64,000 bases of DNA from a virus. Taxonomy: Duplodnaviria > Caudoviricetes. This document shows positions 26,043 to 34,751 of this stretch, piece after piece. Made by a program: the position numbers and the translations under genes. Position 1 is the first letter of the stretch. Every line of letters begins with the position of its first letter. The notes under the pieces were generated by a model. The model did no database searches. It saw only the letters and a list, made by a program, of their open reading frames with translations, and had not been told where the DNA came from. The DNA lies in IMG/VR virus record IMGVR_UViG_3300024331_000007, positions 256,001-320,000 of that record, one strand, 5' to 3'.

Positions 26043-27061
26043 TACAAGCCCTTGTAAATCTCCAGAAGAAGATTGGAATCATAGAACTCACTGGAAATAT
26101 TTAGTAACTGCCCTTGTACGATTGTATCAACGGATTGAAATTGAATATTACCTCCCGGTGCTAAATCGTCGCTGTGTAAATCTTTCTTCATTGTTACCAA
26201 ACTGAGTTCGCGAAGTTCGTATTCCTCAATTAAATTCTCTTTGAGATATGTCGCTTCTTCATATGAAACATCTGTATCTAAAAACAGCTTTATATATCCC
26301 TGACGAGGGAGAATTGAAGGATCGGAAACTAGATCGCTTATTTTCATAGTGCGATATTTTGGTGCTTTGGGCCACGGAATATATGTTGGTTCCTCACCCC
26401 ACGGCAGAATCATCATGCCACGATTGTCATCGCCTGCATCACCGAAGTTGTGCGGGAATGCATTACCAATGTATGATATATTACCTCGATGCTGACGCAT
26501 GTGGAAGTGACCCGTAAACACATGATGGTATTCCGAAAATTGATCGGCTCGCAACTCTCCGACTTCTGGCATTTCTACCATAGCATTCATCAAAAATTTT
26601 GGAAGCTCGAAGTGACCAAACATGTATGTGCCTTTCTTCTTAAAAAGCTGTTTATGCTCATTGCCAATTAACCACGGCACAAACACAACATCATCAATTG
26701 TTTCGATATCATTGATGATTTTAATGTTTGGAATATGTTCAGCCCATGCAATGCTGCTGATTGATCTTTGGTCACGATAGAAAAGGTCATGGTTACCGGG
26801 AAGCATGATAATACGATCAAATGCATCGCTCAGGATACGCAAACCCCGCAGGCCATAATTCATTGTAACCAGATTTGTGTTGTTTCGATTGTGAAAATAA
26901 TCTCCGAGAAACAGACAAATGTCACATCCGTTTTTTTGTGCCTCGCCCACAAACCAGTCCATATAATCAAGACAATCTTGATTGTGAAGTTGGCTGTTCG
27001 TTTTAAGACCCATGTGAATATCTGTAAAAACTGCCGCTTTCTTGAATAGTTGTGTCATCAT
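26042..27061 (-). CDS. gp47: Recombination endonuclease nuclease subunit (SbcD/Mre11-like)
   Basis: Metallophosphoesterase motifs DIH, GDYFH, GNHD, GHFE, GHFH. Confidence 0.95.
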   Translation of the reverse strand: MMTQLFKKAAVFTDIHMGLKTNSQLHNQDCLDYMDWFVGEAQKNGCDICLFLGDYFHNRNNTNLVTMNYGLRGLRILSDAFDRIIMLPGNHDLFYRDQRSISSIAWAEHIPNIKIINDIETIDDVVFVPWLIGNEHKQLFKKKGTYMFGHFELPKFLMNAMVEMPEVGELRADQFSEYHHVFTGHFHMRQHRGNISYIGNAFPHNFGDAGDDNRGMMILPWGEEPTYIPWPKAPKYRTMKISDLVSDPSILPRQGYIKLFLDTDVSYEEATYLKENLIEEYELRELSLVTMKKDLHSDDLAPGGNIQFQSVDTIVQGQLLNISSEFYDSNLLLEIYKGL

Positions 27062-27300
27062 TCCTCAAATTTTTCTAATGTCTTTTCTAAAATACGTTGC
27101 CATACATCTTCCCATACATCATCTTCATTTGAATGCCAACCAGATGCCGAAAAATATGTTCGCCAGTTGATATTTGGGTCATCATATGGCTCTTTCATAA
27201 GGCAATAATCTGTTATGTCTCCCTCCGCATCGTAATGCACATGGATAAAACAATTGGGGTATATTGCCAAAATCTTGTTTTTAGTTTCTTCTACATCCAT
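27058..27300 (-). CDS. Family B small protein
   Basis: MDVEETKNKILAIYPNC...EDDVWEDVWQRILEKTLEKFEE; start 27300. Confidence 0.8.
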   Translation of the reverse strand: MDVEETKNKILAIYPNCFIHVHYDAEGDITDYCLMKEPYDDPNINWRTYFSASGWHSNEDDVWEDVWQRILEKTLEKFEE

Positions 27301-27301
27301 A

Positions 27302-27526
27302 CTAGTTCTCAAACTTATCCAGCATTGATTCTTGAATCCAAAACCATGCTTGTTTCCAAGCCATCCTTTCTGTTTTATGCCAGCCACTGTACTGCATCGA
27401 TCCATATCCCAAAGTTGATACAAGTTTTTGGTTAGTTTTGGTTTCAAATATACAATATTCTCCCGTCCAACGCCAGCATTGTGCGGTTGGGTAAATTTCC
27501 AAAACCTTATTTTTGTTGCTTCGCAT
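27302..27526 (-). CDS. Family B small protein
   Basis: KVLEIYPTA...ERMAWKQAWFWIQESMLDKFEN. Confidence 0.85.
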   Translation of the reverse strand: MRSNKNKVLEIYPTAQCWRWTGEYCIFETKTNQKLVSTLGYGSMQYSGWHKTERMAWKQAWFWIQESMLDKFEN

Positions 27527-27768
27527 TAGCCCCCAAATTTGGCCAAGGTTTCTATTTGAATGCGTTCATATGCATCACGCCATGCCAGTTCACTCGAATC
27601 CTGCCATCGACTGTAGAATTGGGGCCAAGTTGCAAATACTTCATTTCTCATTACTTGTTCCATCATCTGTGGTGGAATGTCCATCACACAATAAGAATAA
27701 TTCATCATGAAGCAATGCGCGTTAGGGTAAACCCGCTGCACATAATCTTTATAAAAATCAAGATTCAT
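27526..27768 (-). CDS. Family B small protein
   Basis: YVQRVYPNA...SELAWRDAYERIQIETLAKFGG; start 27768 preferred. Confidence 0.8.
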   Translation of the reverse strand: MNLDFYKDYVQRVYPNAHCFMMNYSYCVMDIPPQMMEQVMRNEVFATWPQFYSRWQDSSELAWRDAYERIQIETLAKFGG

Positions 27769-28663
27769 ACCCACCATCGTAGCTGGCAGATGAATCACGA
27801 TTAGTTCGACTATAGCTTGGATTCATATTGTTTTGGATTAGCAAATCGTCTCGAATTGCCTGATTCTTTTTCTCTATGTTTAATATACGCAGGAAGCTAT
27901 TATGAGAAATTTGGGTGAGGAAGGCAAATGGATTTTGGCTCTTACTCTCGTCAAATTGCAAAGCAACCTGACACAATTGTAGCACAGCTTGGCCCTGCAT
28001 TTCCTCACGATAAGAGTAATTTCGCCAGTTACCCTTCAGTGCGTACTTTTCGGTTAGCTTCATAAGCATGCGAGCTAACTTTTCAGTCATCTCTCCGTGT
28101 GTTTTTGAAAATTCACCCGTATCAAATGCGCCAATCCAATGACTTTTTCCAACGATGAATGCCTGTCCCTTCTTAGTCAATCGATAATGAAAGAATGGAG
28201 GGAAATTAACTCGAACATGGTCGGCTTTTACTGTTGTGAGTGATTCCTTAGCCAAAACAGCAACCATTTCGGTTACTTCTGAATCTTCAATATCCTCTTC
28301 GGGGTTTAATTCATCAAAAAACTTGTTCAGGCTTTCACTACGGGCTGCTGGTGCTTTAGCGGTCTTGGTTGTTTTCGCTATTTTTGGTGGAAGTAACGGT
28401 ATATGTTGCCATGTCATGATTCTGAACACCAAATCTTGTTCAGAAATGGTTTCTGGATCGAGTTTAATTCCTTCTTCCTTAAAAATTCTAGTTGCACGAG
28501 TAACTTTGGCCTGAGATATAGAGGACGCATTGATTTCATCAACTGATGGCAGGATGATGTCGTACTGGTGGTCTTTCTCAGCATTCAAAAACGAACAATA
28601 TGTATTTTTTGAAAGATGGATTTCCTTTAGTAAGTCTTTATTGTTTAGATAATTCTGTTTAAT
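27758..28663 (-). CDS. gp55: Late-transcription sigma factor (gp55-like), inferred ATT start
   Basis: NWRNYSYREEMQGQA...FDESKSQNPFAFLTQISHNSFLRILNIEKKNQ; frame open upstream to KQNYLNNKDLLKEIH with GGAGG 6 nt before ATT at 28663. Confidence 0.85.
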   Translation of the reverse strand: MKQNYLNNKDLLKEIHLSKNTYCSFLNAEKDHQYDIILPSVDEINASSISQAKVTRATRIFKEEGIKLDPETISEQDLVFRIMTWQHIPLLPPKIAKTTKTAKAPAARSESLNKFFDELNPEEDIEDSEVTEMVAVLAKESLTTVKADHVRVNFPPFFHYRLTKKGQAFIVGKSHWIGAFDTGEFSKTHGEMTEKLARMLMKLTEKYALKGNWRNYSYREEMQGQAVLQLCQVALQFDESKSQNPFAFLTQISHNSFLRILNIEKKNQAIRDDLLIQNNMNPSYSRTNRDSSASYDGGYES

Positions 28664-28716
28664 GACGCGCCTCCGAAATGCTCGGTTTATGGATGATAAA
28701 TATTAACAACAGGTAT

Positions 28717-28745
28717 AGTGTAACTCATCTATTACTAGGGGTCAA
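28717..28745 (-). promoter_or_regulatory. Sigma70-type promoter for the gp55-gp47-gp46 operon
   Basis: TTGACC (28745-28740), 17 bp, TACACT (28722-28717). Confidence 0.65.
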
Positions 28746-28751
28746 GAAAAA

Positions 28752-29687
28752 TTGTCATCAATTCCTACATTACCGTCTTTTGCAACGCTCGCTCCAGCAC
28801 CACCAATGAGTGACTTTTCGGCGCTTGACCCTACTTCTAGCCGCCTTAGTTCTCTTAATTTCCCTGCTCCAACATCCTCAACACCGATTGTAACATTGGC
28901 AGGCGCACCCATGAATGACAAGCGAGTTAGAATTGCTATGTTACCCGGTAGCCCAGCAATTTTCTACAAGGATCAAGGAAATCCTCTGCTATATAACTAC
29001 TTAGGCGCGACTAACGGAGTTCTATTTCCGTTTCAACCAAAGGTTGATATATCATTCTCAGCCAATTATCAAGCTCAGAAGGTTACACAGAGCAATTTTG
29101 TTTTCTACAGTTACGAAAACAGTGAATTGAAACCATTTGATCTAACATGTAACTTCCCAGTTCGTAATCCATTTGAAGGTCAGTATGTTATTGCCGCAAT
29201 AACCTTCCTTCGTAGCCTTACAATGATGTTTACGGGTAACGACAATAATTTTGGCAACAACGGATTAGACCTAGCTGGTTCTCCTCCTTTGGTAGTTAGC
29301 CTACAAGGAATGGGTTTTGGTGGGTTGGACTACGTACCTATTGTGGTATCTAATGTTACTACAAGCTATAGTGATGATGTTGACTACGTGACCATCACAT
29401 TGCCGGGTGTGGCTAATTTGGCTAATGAAACCATCAAGCTACCATCAATGCTTTCGATTTCTGTTAGCTGCATTCCAATGTTCAGTCGAGCATTCGCTTC
29501 ACAATTCAGCGCACTAGACTTCTCTACAGGCGCTCGACGTTTGCTTGGCCCTGCGGGTGCTGGTTCAGCCCGTTCTGGTGCAGATGTTTCGGTTAGTGCT
29601 GGTGATTTACCAACGCTCAATACTACATCAGCGGATTTATCTAATTTTCAAATTCAAGAAGAAAGTATTCAATCACTGGGTATATAA
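28752..29687 (+). CDS. Baseplate tail-tube cap/initiator (gp48/gp54-like)
   Basis: VLFPFQPKV...QSNF.FYSYENSE...FLRSLTMMFTG...GSPPLVVSL...VPIVV...DDVDY; TTG start; TAAATA at 28697. Confidence 0.7.
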   Translation: MSSIPTLPSFATLAPAPPMSDFSALDPTSSRLSSLNFPAPTSSTPIVTLAGAPMNDKRVRIAMLPGSPAIFYKDQGNPLLYNYLGATNGVLFPFQPKVDISFSANYQAQKVTQSNFVFYSYENSELKPFDLTCNFPVRNPFEGQYVIAAITFLRSLTMMFTGNDNNFGNNGLDLAGSPPLVVSLQGMGFGGLDYVPIVVSNVTTSYSDDVDYVTITLPGVANLANETIKLPSMLSISVSCIPMFSRAFASQFSALDFSTGARRLLGPAGAGSARSGADVSVSAGDLPTLNTTSADLSNFQIQEESIQSLGI

Positions 29688-30005
29688 ATGGCACAAAATA
29701 GTCCAACATATAGCAGCAAAAGCGTATATTATACCACACCGCTGGATTCGCAAGGCAGACTCAGTCTGTGGACTCCGCGACCTGTACCATCATCTATAAG
29801 CGACAAGGTGGTAACAATATCGGCTGTCTATAATCAACGTCCAGACCTATTAGCGCATGACTTGTACGGTGATGCTCGTCTCTGGTGGGTTTTTGCGCAG
29901 CGAAATCCAAACAGCCTAGCCGCTGATCCTCTTGGTAATTTTGTTACTGGTATTCAAATCTACATACCAGATGCAAATGCCTTAAAAACATCACTGGGAA
30001 TATAA
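29688..30005 (+). CDS. gp53: LysM-type baseplate wedge protein
   Basis: YNQRPDLLAHDLYGDARLWWVFAQRN...G.QIYIP. Confidence 0.8.
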   Translation: MAQNSPTYSSKSVYYTTPLDSQGRLSLWTPRPVPSSISDKVVTISAVYNQRPDLLAHDLYGDARLWWVFAQRNPNSLAADPLGNFVTGIQIYIPDANALKTSLGI

Positions 30006-30015
30006 CGGAGCATAG

Positions 30016-32541
30016 ATGTCAACCCCTCTCACTCCAGCGCAACGGTTGGCCGCGCTGCAAAAAGAACTTGGATTTGCTGCTGGTTCAGATTTTCCTAATT
30101 TGAATCCTTCGCCGACTCCTGCTCCAACCACAACGATAGCTGATGACAAAACATCATCTGCTACTCCATCAGCTACGCAAATTAATACAAATGAACCTTC
30201 TCTTATTTTTACACCTGCCACAAATGTATTAAGAAACTATGCATCGTACAGTCCTATTTTATCGTTGTTAGTAACCAATTCTCAAAATTACAACAAGCTA
30301 GTCACTAATCAGAAATTCTATCCACAGGATTGGGATACAATCTGTAAATCAGGCGGAGTTGGTCCTAAGAAAGCGCAAGGGTTTAGCGGTACTACAAATG
30401 AATATTTTAGCCGCGACTTGTATATTGATTCCGCTACGGTATCAACCATTGTCGGAATGAGTCAGGAAAATCGAGGCAGTAATGCCACAGAAATTGAATT
30501 AGTGATTATCGAACCATTTGGTATGGATTTCGTGGAGCAGCTTTATGACTATTGCCACATTGCGTTAGGTGAAAGTAATTATTGTCAGCTTCCATACATG
30601 TTGAAGATTGAGTTCAAGGGCTTTCGAGACGATGGAACCAATGAAACTGTTCCATTTGCCACAAAATATATTCCAATTCATCTCATAACAATGGACATTA
30701 AAGTCAATAATCTCGGAGCTACTTATAAGGTATCTGCTGTTGCGTTCAACGAATTGGGTGTTACTGAGCAATATGGCAGAGTTCCAGCATTAATGCAGTC
30801 AACGCCATTACAATTGGGGACTGAGCTTGCGTTGGCCCAACAAAAGGGACTCGATTCCCAAACACAACGCCAAATAGCTAATGGTGTTGTATCTACTTCT
30901 CTCGCTCAAACTGTATCTAATCAGGCCAACGCCGCTGTAGCGGCTGGGACTTCAGGAATTGCTCCTATTGGTAGTGGGGGGGTCCTGCATGAGATTACTA
31001 CTGCGTTTGCTGGTGTTCTTAACAACGTACAACAGACTCTTGCAAAAAACGGCACTATTTCTATTCCAGATAACTACACGATTACGTATTCAGATGTTCC
31101 AGATAAAAGCGGAAGCATCGATATCGGTCAATATCTATTCTTGGATACTGCAACACTGTCTAGTGAAAATGTTCCAACTGTCGCCCGAGATACTCCAATG
31201 GGCGCTCCTGCCGTTACAGAAGCCAAACCAATAGATGTTTCTGTTGCAGGCAGAAACATGCTCAAATATGCAGTTGATCCTGCCACTGGACAAACAGGCG
31301 GAGGAGCAGTTACATATACTAACGCTCATCTAATTACCTTTAATTCTGGAAGTAGTATTGTTGATTGCTTAAACACCCTTATCATCAACAGCAACTATAT
31401 TGTGTCCCAAATTAATCGATACAATGGTTTCGTGGATAACATCAACAAGACTGCTCAATCTCTGAATTTACAGGCGGGTTCTCCTCTTCCCCCTGATCTT
31501 CAATCTCAGCTTGATTTGTTAAACAATACTCCACTTAATTGGTTTGTTATTGTTCCAACTATTCAGATACTCGGATACGATTCCAAAAGAGGAACTTATG
31601 CCAGAAGCATTAACTACAATATCAAGCCATATAAGATTTATAATACTCGAAGCATAAGTGCTCCAAACGGTAATCCAATCGTAGAGAATCGCGTGGTAAA
31701 AGAATACGACTATATCTTTACTGGAAACAATACTGAAATTCTGAACTTTGACCTTAACTTTAACACTGCATTTCTAACCTACGCACAGTTCAACCACGAT
31801 ACAAAGGTGCAAGGAACTGGTGCAGGGATGCCAGCGTATGCTCAGCAGGCACTGCCAAATAATAGTTTAGAAACGGTATCATCGCCAATCAGTGACGGAC
31901 AACAGAAAAAACCAGTCAGCGCCAGCACAAAGAATGCTCAGGGAATCGGAGCTATCACACCTGAACGAAATCAAGCAGCAGATATTGCAGCTACAATATA
32001 TGGTGTGGCTGAACAAATTCAACTGGATTTAAGTATCTATGGCGACCCTGATTACATTCGTCAAGATGGAATTTTCATCAATCCTCCTATTGGAGACGCT
32101 TACATCAATCCTTCAGCCAATTCTGTCATTCAGGGAATTTTGTTTAACTCTGGCGAAGTATATGCCAATGTCAATTTCAAGATTCCCCAAGATGTTAATT
32201 TAAATTCTGGTCTACTTGATCTTGCCTTTCAAGGGGATGCTGTAAACTATCGCCGAAATGTGTTCAGTGGGCAATACAGAGTAATTACTGTAACTAACAA
32301 ATTTGACAAAGCACTGTTTACTCAGCAACTTAACCTAATTAGATTTGATGACAGCCATAACTATACTGTCAATTCAAGTCAGGCTCAAACGCAGAATGCC
32401 CAAAAAACATCCCAAGTAGTTCCAGTAACAACTCAGGTTCCTGAGCTAAAAACGCCAACACCTCCGTCTCCGCCCCCAGTTAAGTTGTCGTTTGACACGG
32501 TTGTTGCTGGTCAAACTATCCAAATGGGCGGAACCTTATAA
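30016..32541 (+). CDS. Baseplate hub protein (gp27-like)
   Basis: IIEPFGMDF...PYMLKIEFKGF; KEYDYIFTGNNTEILNFD; IYGDPDYI...GQYRVITVTNKF...FTQQL. Confidence 0.65.
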   Translation: MSTPLTPAQRLAALQKELGFAAGSDFPNLNPSPTPAPTTTIADDKTSSATPSATQINTNEPSLIFTPATNVLRNYASYSPILSLLVTNSQNYNKLVTNQKFYPQDWDTICKSGGVGPKKAQGFSGTTNEYFSRDLYIDSATVSTIVGMSQENRGSNATEIELVIIEPFGMDFVEQLYDYCHIALGESNYCQLPYMLKIEFKGFRDDGTNETVPFATKYIPIHLITMDIKVNNLGATYKVSAVAFNELGVTEQYGRVPALMQSTPLQLGTELALAQQKGLDSQTQRQIANGVVSTSLAQTVSNQANAAVAAGTSGIAPIGSGGVLHEITTAFAGVLNNVQQTLAKNGTISIPDNYTITYSDVPDKSGSIDIGQYLFLDTATLSSENVPTVARDTPMGAPAVTEAKPIDVSVAGRNMLKYAVDPATGQTGGGAVTYTNAHLITFNSGSSIVDCLNTLIINSNYIVSQINRYNGFVDNINKTAQSLNLQAGSPLPPDLQSQLDLLNNTPLNWFVIVPTIQILGYDSKRGTYARSINYNIKPYKIYNTRSISAPNGNPIVENRVVKEYDYIFTGNNTEILNFDLNFNTAFLTYAQFNHDTKVQGTGAGMPAYAQQALPNNSLETVSSPISDGQQKKPVSASTKNAQGIGAITPERNQAADIAATIYGVAEQIQLDLSIYGDPDYIRQDGIFINPPIGDAYINPSANSVIQGILFNSGEVYANVNFKIPQDVNLNSGLLDLAFQGDAVNYRRNVFSGQYRVITVTNKFDKALFTQQLNLIRFDDSHNYTVNSSQAQTQNAQKTSQVVPVTTQVPELKTPTPPSPPPVKLSFDTVVAGQTIQMGGTL

Positions 32542-32576
32542 AGTTTGGCTAAATATGGCAGATACTCGGAGAAACT

Positions 32577-33038
32577 ATGCGACTACACGAACTTTTTGAG
32601 GCCCCATTTACGCAACCGGGAACAACATTTATTATTAATGACCCCAATGATCCCCAAAAGCAGCCAGCAATTAATACTGGTCGAAGCATAGGTACGGCTC
32701 CTGCTCCTCCAACAACTATTACTTCACCAACTGCACCGAATCAAATTCCCCAATCAGCATCTCCCACGGTGAATACTGCTCAGACTGGATCAAATACAGC
32801 AAATACCGCAGCACTAGCAGCAGCCAGTCAGCAATTGACCAAGGGTGCTCCTATCAACCTTCCAATGGGTCCAGCAAAGCAACCAACCCAGATGAAGGTT
32901 ACAAATGTAGGTAATAACAGTTTAGGAACTAATCAAAAAATGGTAACTGTTGCCGACCCAAAAAATCCAAATGCCCCACAACAGACTTACAAATTTGATG
33001 ACTTAGCTAATATGATTACAAACAAAGGTAATGTGTAA
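32577..33038 (+). CDS. Putative internal head protein, P/T/Q/N-rich
   Basis: MRLHELFE capsid-targeting-like N-terminus; TAAATA at 32550-32555. Confidence 0.55.
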   Translation: MRLHELFEAPFTQPGTTFIINDPNDPQKQPAINTGRSIGTAPAPPTTITSPTAPNQIPQSASPTVNTAQTGSNTANTAALAAASQQLTKGAPINLPMGPAKQPTQMKVTNVGNNSLGTNQKMVTVADPKNPNAPQQTYKFDDLANMITNKGNV

Positions 33039-33730
33039 TGATGTATCAGAAAATAATTTTAGACCTAGCAAGTAACAAATATATCAATACATATGTTGCT
33101 GTATGTGTTCGCGCCCAATTGCGAGCCAGAACAAAAAAGGAAGCAAATCAACTAATAGGATATGTGGAAGAACATCATATTTTGCCAAAATGTTTTGGTT
33201 TGGGGGGAGAAAAAGATAAGACAAATTTTTCGTATCTTACAGCCAGAGAACATTTTATTTGCCACAAACTACTAGTTTTTGGGTTGAAAAAGACAAAATA
33301 TTATTGGAAATGTCTAAAAGCCGTTTCAGCATTTTCTCAGAGTAACAAGTTACAAAATAGAGTTTTATCATCCAGAAGTTATGAATTTGCTCGTAAATGT
33401 AATTCAGAAGCTATGAAAACGAGAATAATATCTGCTGAAACTCTGCTGGCGATGTCACTATGTCAAAAAGGAAAAATTTCTTCTAAACGCGACACTCATC
33501 TATCAGAAGGACAGAAAAATAAAATATCAAAGACAAAAACAGGAAAACCGTCCAAACGTAAAGGATTTGTTATGTCAGAACCCCAAAAACTAAAAATATC
33601 TTTATCTAAACAAGGTAAGCCGCTAAAAAAATGGTCGCGGGAACGCAAAGAAAAGGCTTCACAACGAATGAAAGAAGCATATCAAAATGGTACGGTTCTT
33701 TTTGGTAAATTCAAAATCCAAGGAGAATAA
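33038..33730 (+). CDS. HNH homing endonuclease with NUMOD3-like repeats
   Basis: EEHHILPKCFGLGG...LTAREHFICHKLL. Confidence 0.85.
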   Translation: MMYQKIILDLASNKYINTYVAVCVRAQLRARTKKEANQLIGYVEEHHILPKCFGLGGEKDKTNFSYLTAREHFICHKLLVFGLKKTKYYWKCLKAVSAFSQSNKLQNRVLSSRSYEFARKCNSEAMKTRIISAETLLAMSLCQKGKISSKRDTHLSEGQKNKISKTKTGKPSKRKGFVMSEPQKLKISLSKQGKPLKKWSRERKEKASQRMKEAYQNGTVLFGKFKIQGE

Positions 33731-33731
33731 A

Positions 33732-34103
33732 ATGGCTATCTATCGCGGTTTTAGTACCGTTAGCAGTTCATCACAGAAGAAATTCGTCCTCACCGATAAC
33801 GACCTAATCAAGCAGGATTTGCTGAATGCGTTCAAGGTGAAGCGTGGCTCTCGTGTCATGCAACCGAATTACGGATGTATTGTTTGGGAGAAGGTGTTTG
33901 AAAATATATCTCCGTCAGATGTTGATGACATTGTTTCCAACTTTACAAATATCATTAAAAATGATCCTCGCGTAAGTTTAGTTAGCATCGATGTGGCCCC
34001 TTCCGTTAATAATCTAACAGTCACGTTGGTTCTCCGATATACTTCAACGAATCAGTTGGAACAAATGGTTATCATTTTCACGGAAGATTCAGTTAGCTTC
34101 TAA
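33732..34103 (+). CDS. gp25: Baseplate wedge subunit
   Basis: YRGFST...LTDNDLIKQDLLN...GSRVMQPNYG...DPRV; AAGGAG SD. Confidence 0.9.
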   Translation: MAIYRGFSTVSSSSQKKFVLTDNDLIKQDLLNAFKVKRGSRVMQPNYGCIVWEKVFENISPSDVDDIVSNFTNIIKNDPRVSLVSIDVAPSVNNLTVTLVLRYTSTNQLEQMVIIFTEDSVSF

Positions 34104-34134
34104 AACCATCGTTTGAAGACACATAAATACTACT

Positions 34135-34743
34135 ATGGCAACTACCGCAAAATTGTTCTATGTTTATCAATATCTTAGACAGAGAGATTCTAAAAATGGA
34201 ACTGCTGGTTCGCCATATTATATTGGCAAAGGCAATGGAAAAAGAATCAAAGGAAAACATTATGTTTCAGTTCCTAAAAATGAAAATAGCATTCAAATTT
34301 TAGCCAATAACTTGTGTGAATCGGATGCGTTTCAGTTGGAGATGTTTCTAATATTTCTTCATGGACGAGTTGATAAGAAAACGGGTATTTTACATAATTA
34401 TACTGATGGTGGCGAGGGAGCCGTTGGAGCTATCCGTAATGAAGCAACAAAAAAGAAAATGTCATTTGCTCATCAAAAGAGATCAGAAGTAACCAAATTA
34501 CGATCTTCCATTAGTCATAAAGGTCAACGAGCGTGGAATAAAGGAAGAAAAATAGGTTCGCCTACAAAAGAGTCAAGAGAGAAAATGTCATTGGCGGCGA
34601 TAAATCGTAAGGCATCTCCAGAAACAAAATTGGCCATGTCTATAACTAGACTTGGAAGAGAAAAAACACAGGATCATAAAAATAAAATAGGTTTATCTAA
34701 CAAAGGCAAAACACCTTGGAACAAAGGATTGAAAGTGGTGTAA
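34135..34743 (+). CDS. GIY-YIG-like homing endonuclease with NUMOD3 repeats
   Basis: FYVYQYLRQRDS...SPYYIGKG...NYTDGGEG...AWNKG, PWNKG; TAAATA 5 nt upstream. Confidence 0.85.
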   Translation: MATTAKLFYVYQYLRQRDSKNGTAGSPYYIGKGNGKRIKGKHYVSVPKNENSIQILANNLCESDAFQLEMFLIFLHGRVDKKTGILHNYTDGGEGAVGAIRNEATKKKMSFAHQKRSEVTKLRSSISHKGQRAWNKGRKIGSPTKESREKMSLAAINRKASPETKLAMSITRLGREKTQDHKNKIGLSNKGKTPWNKGLKVV

Positions 34744-34751
34744 ATACATAT

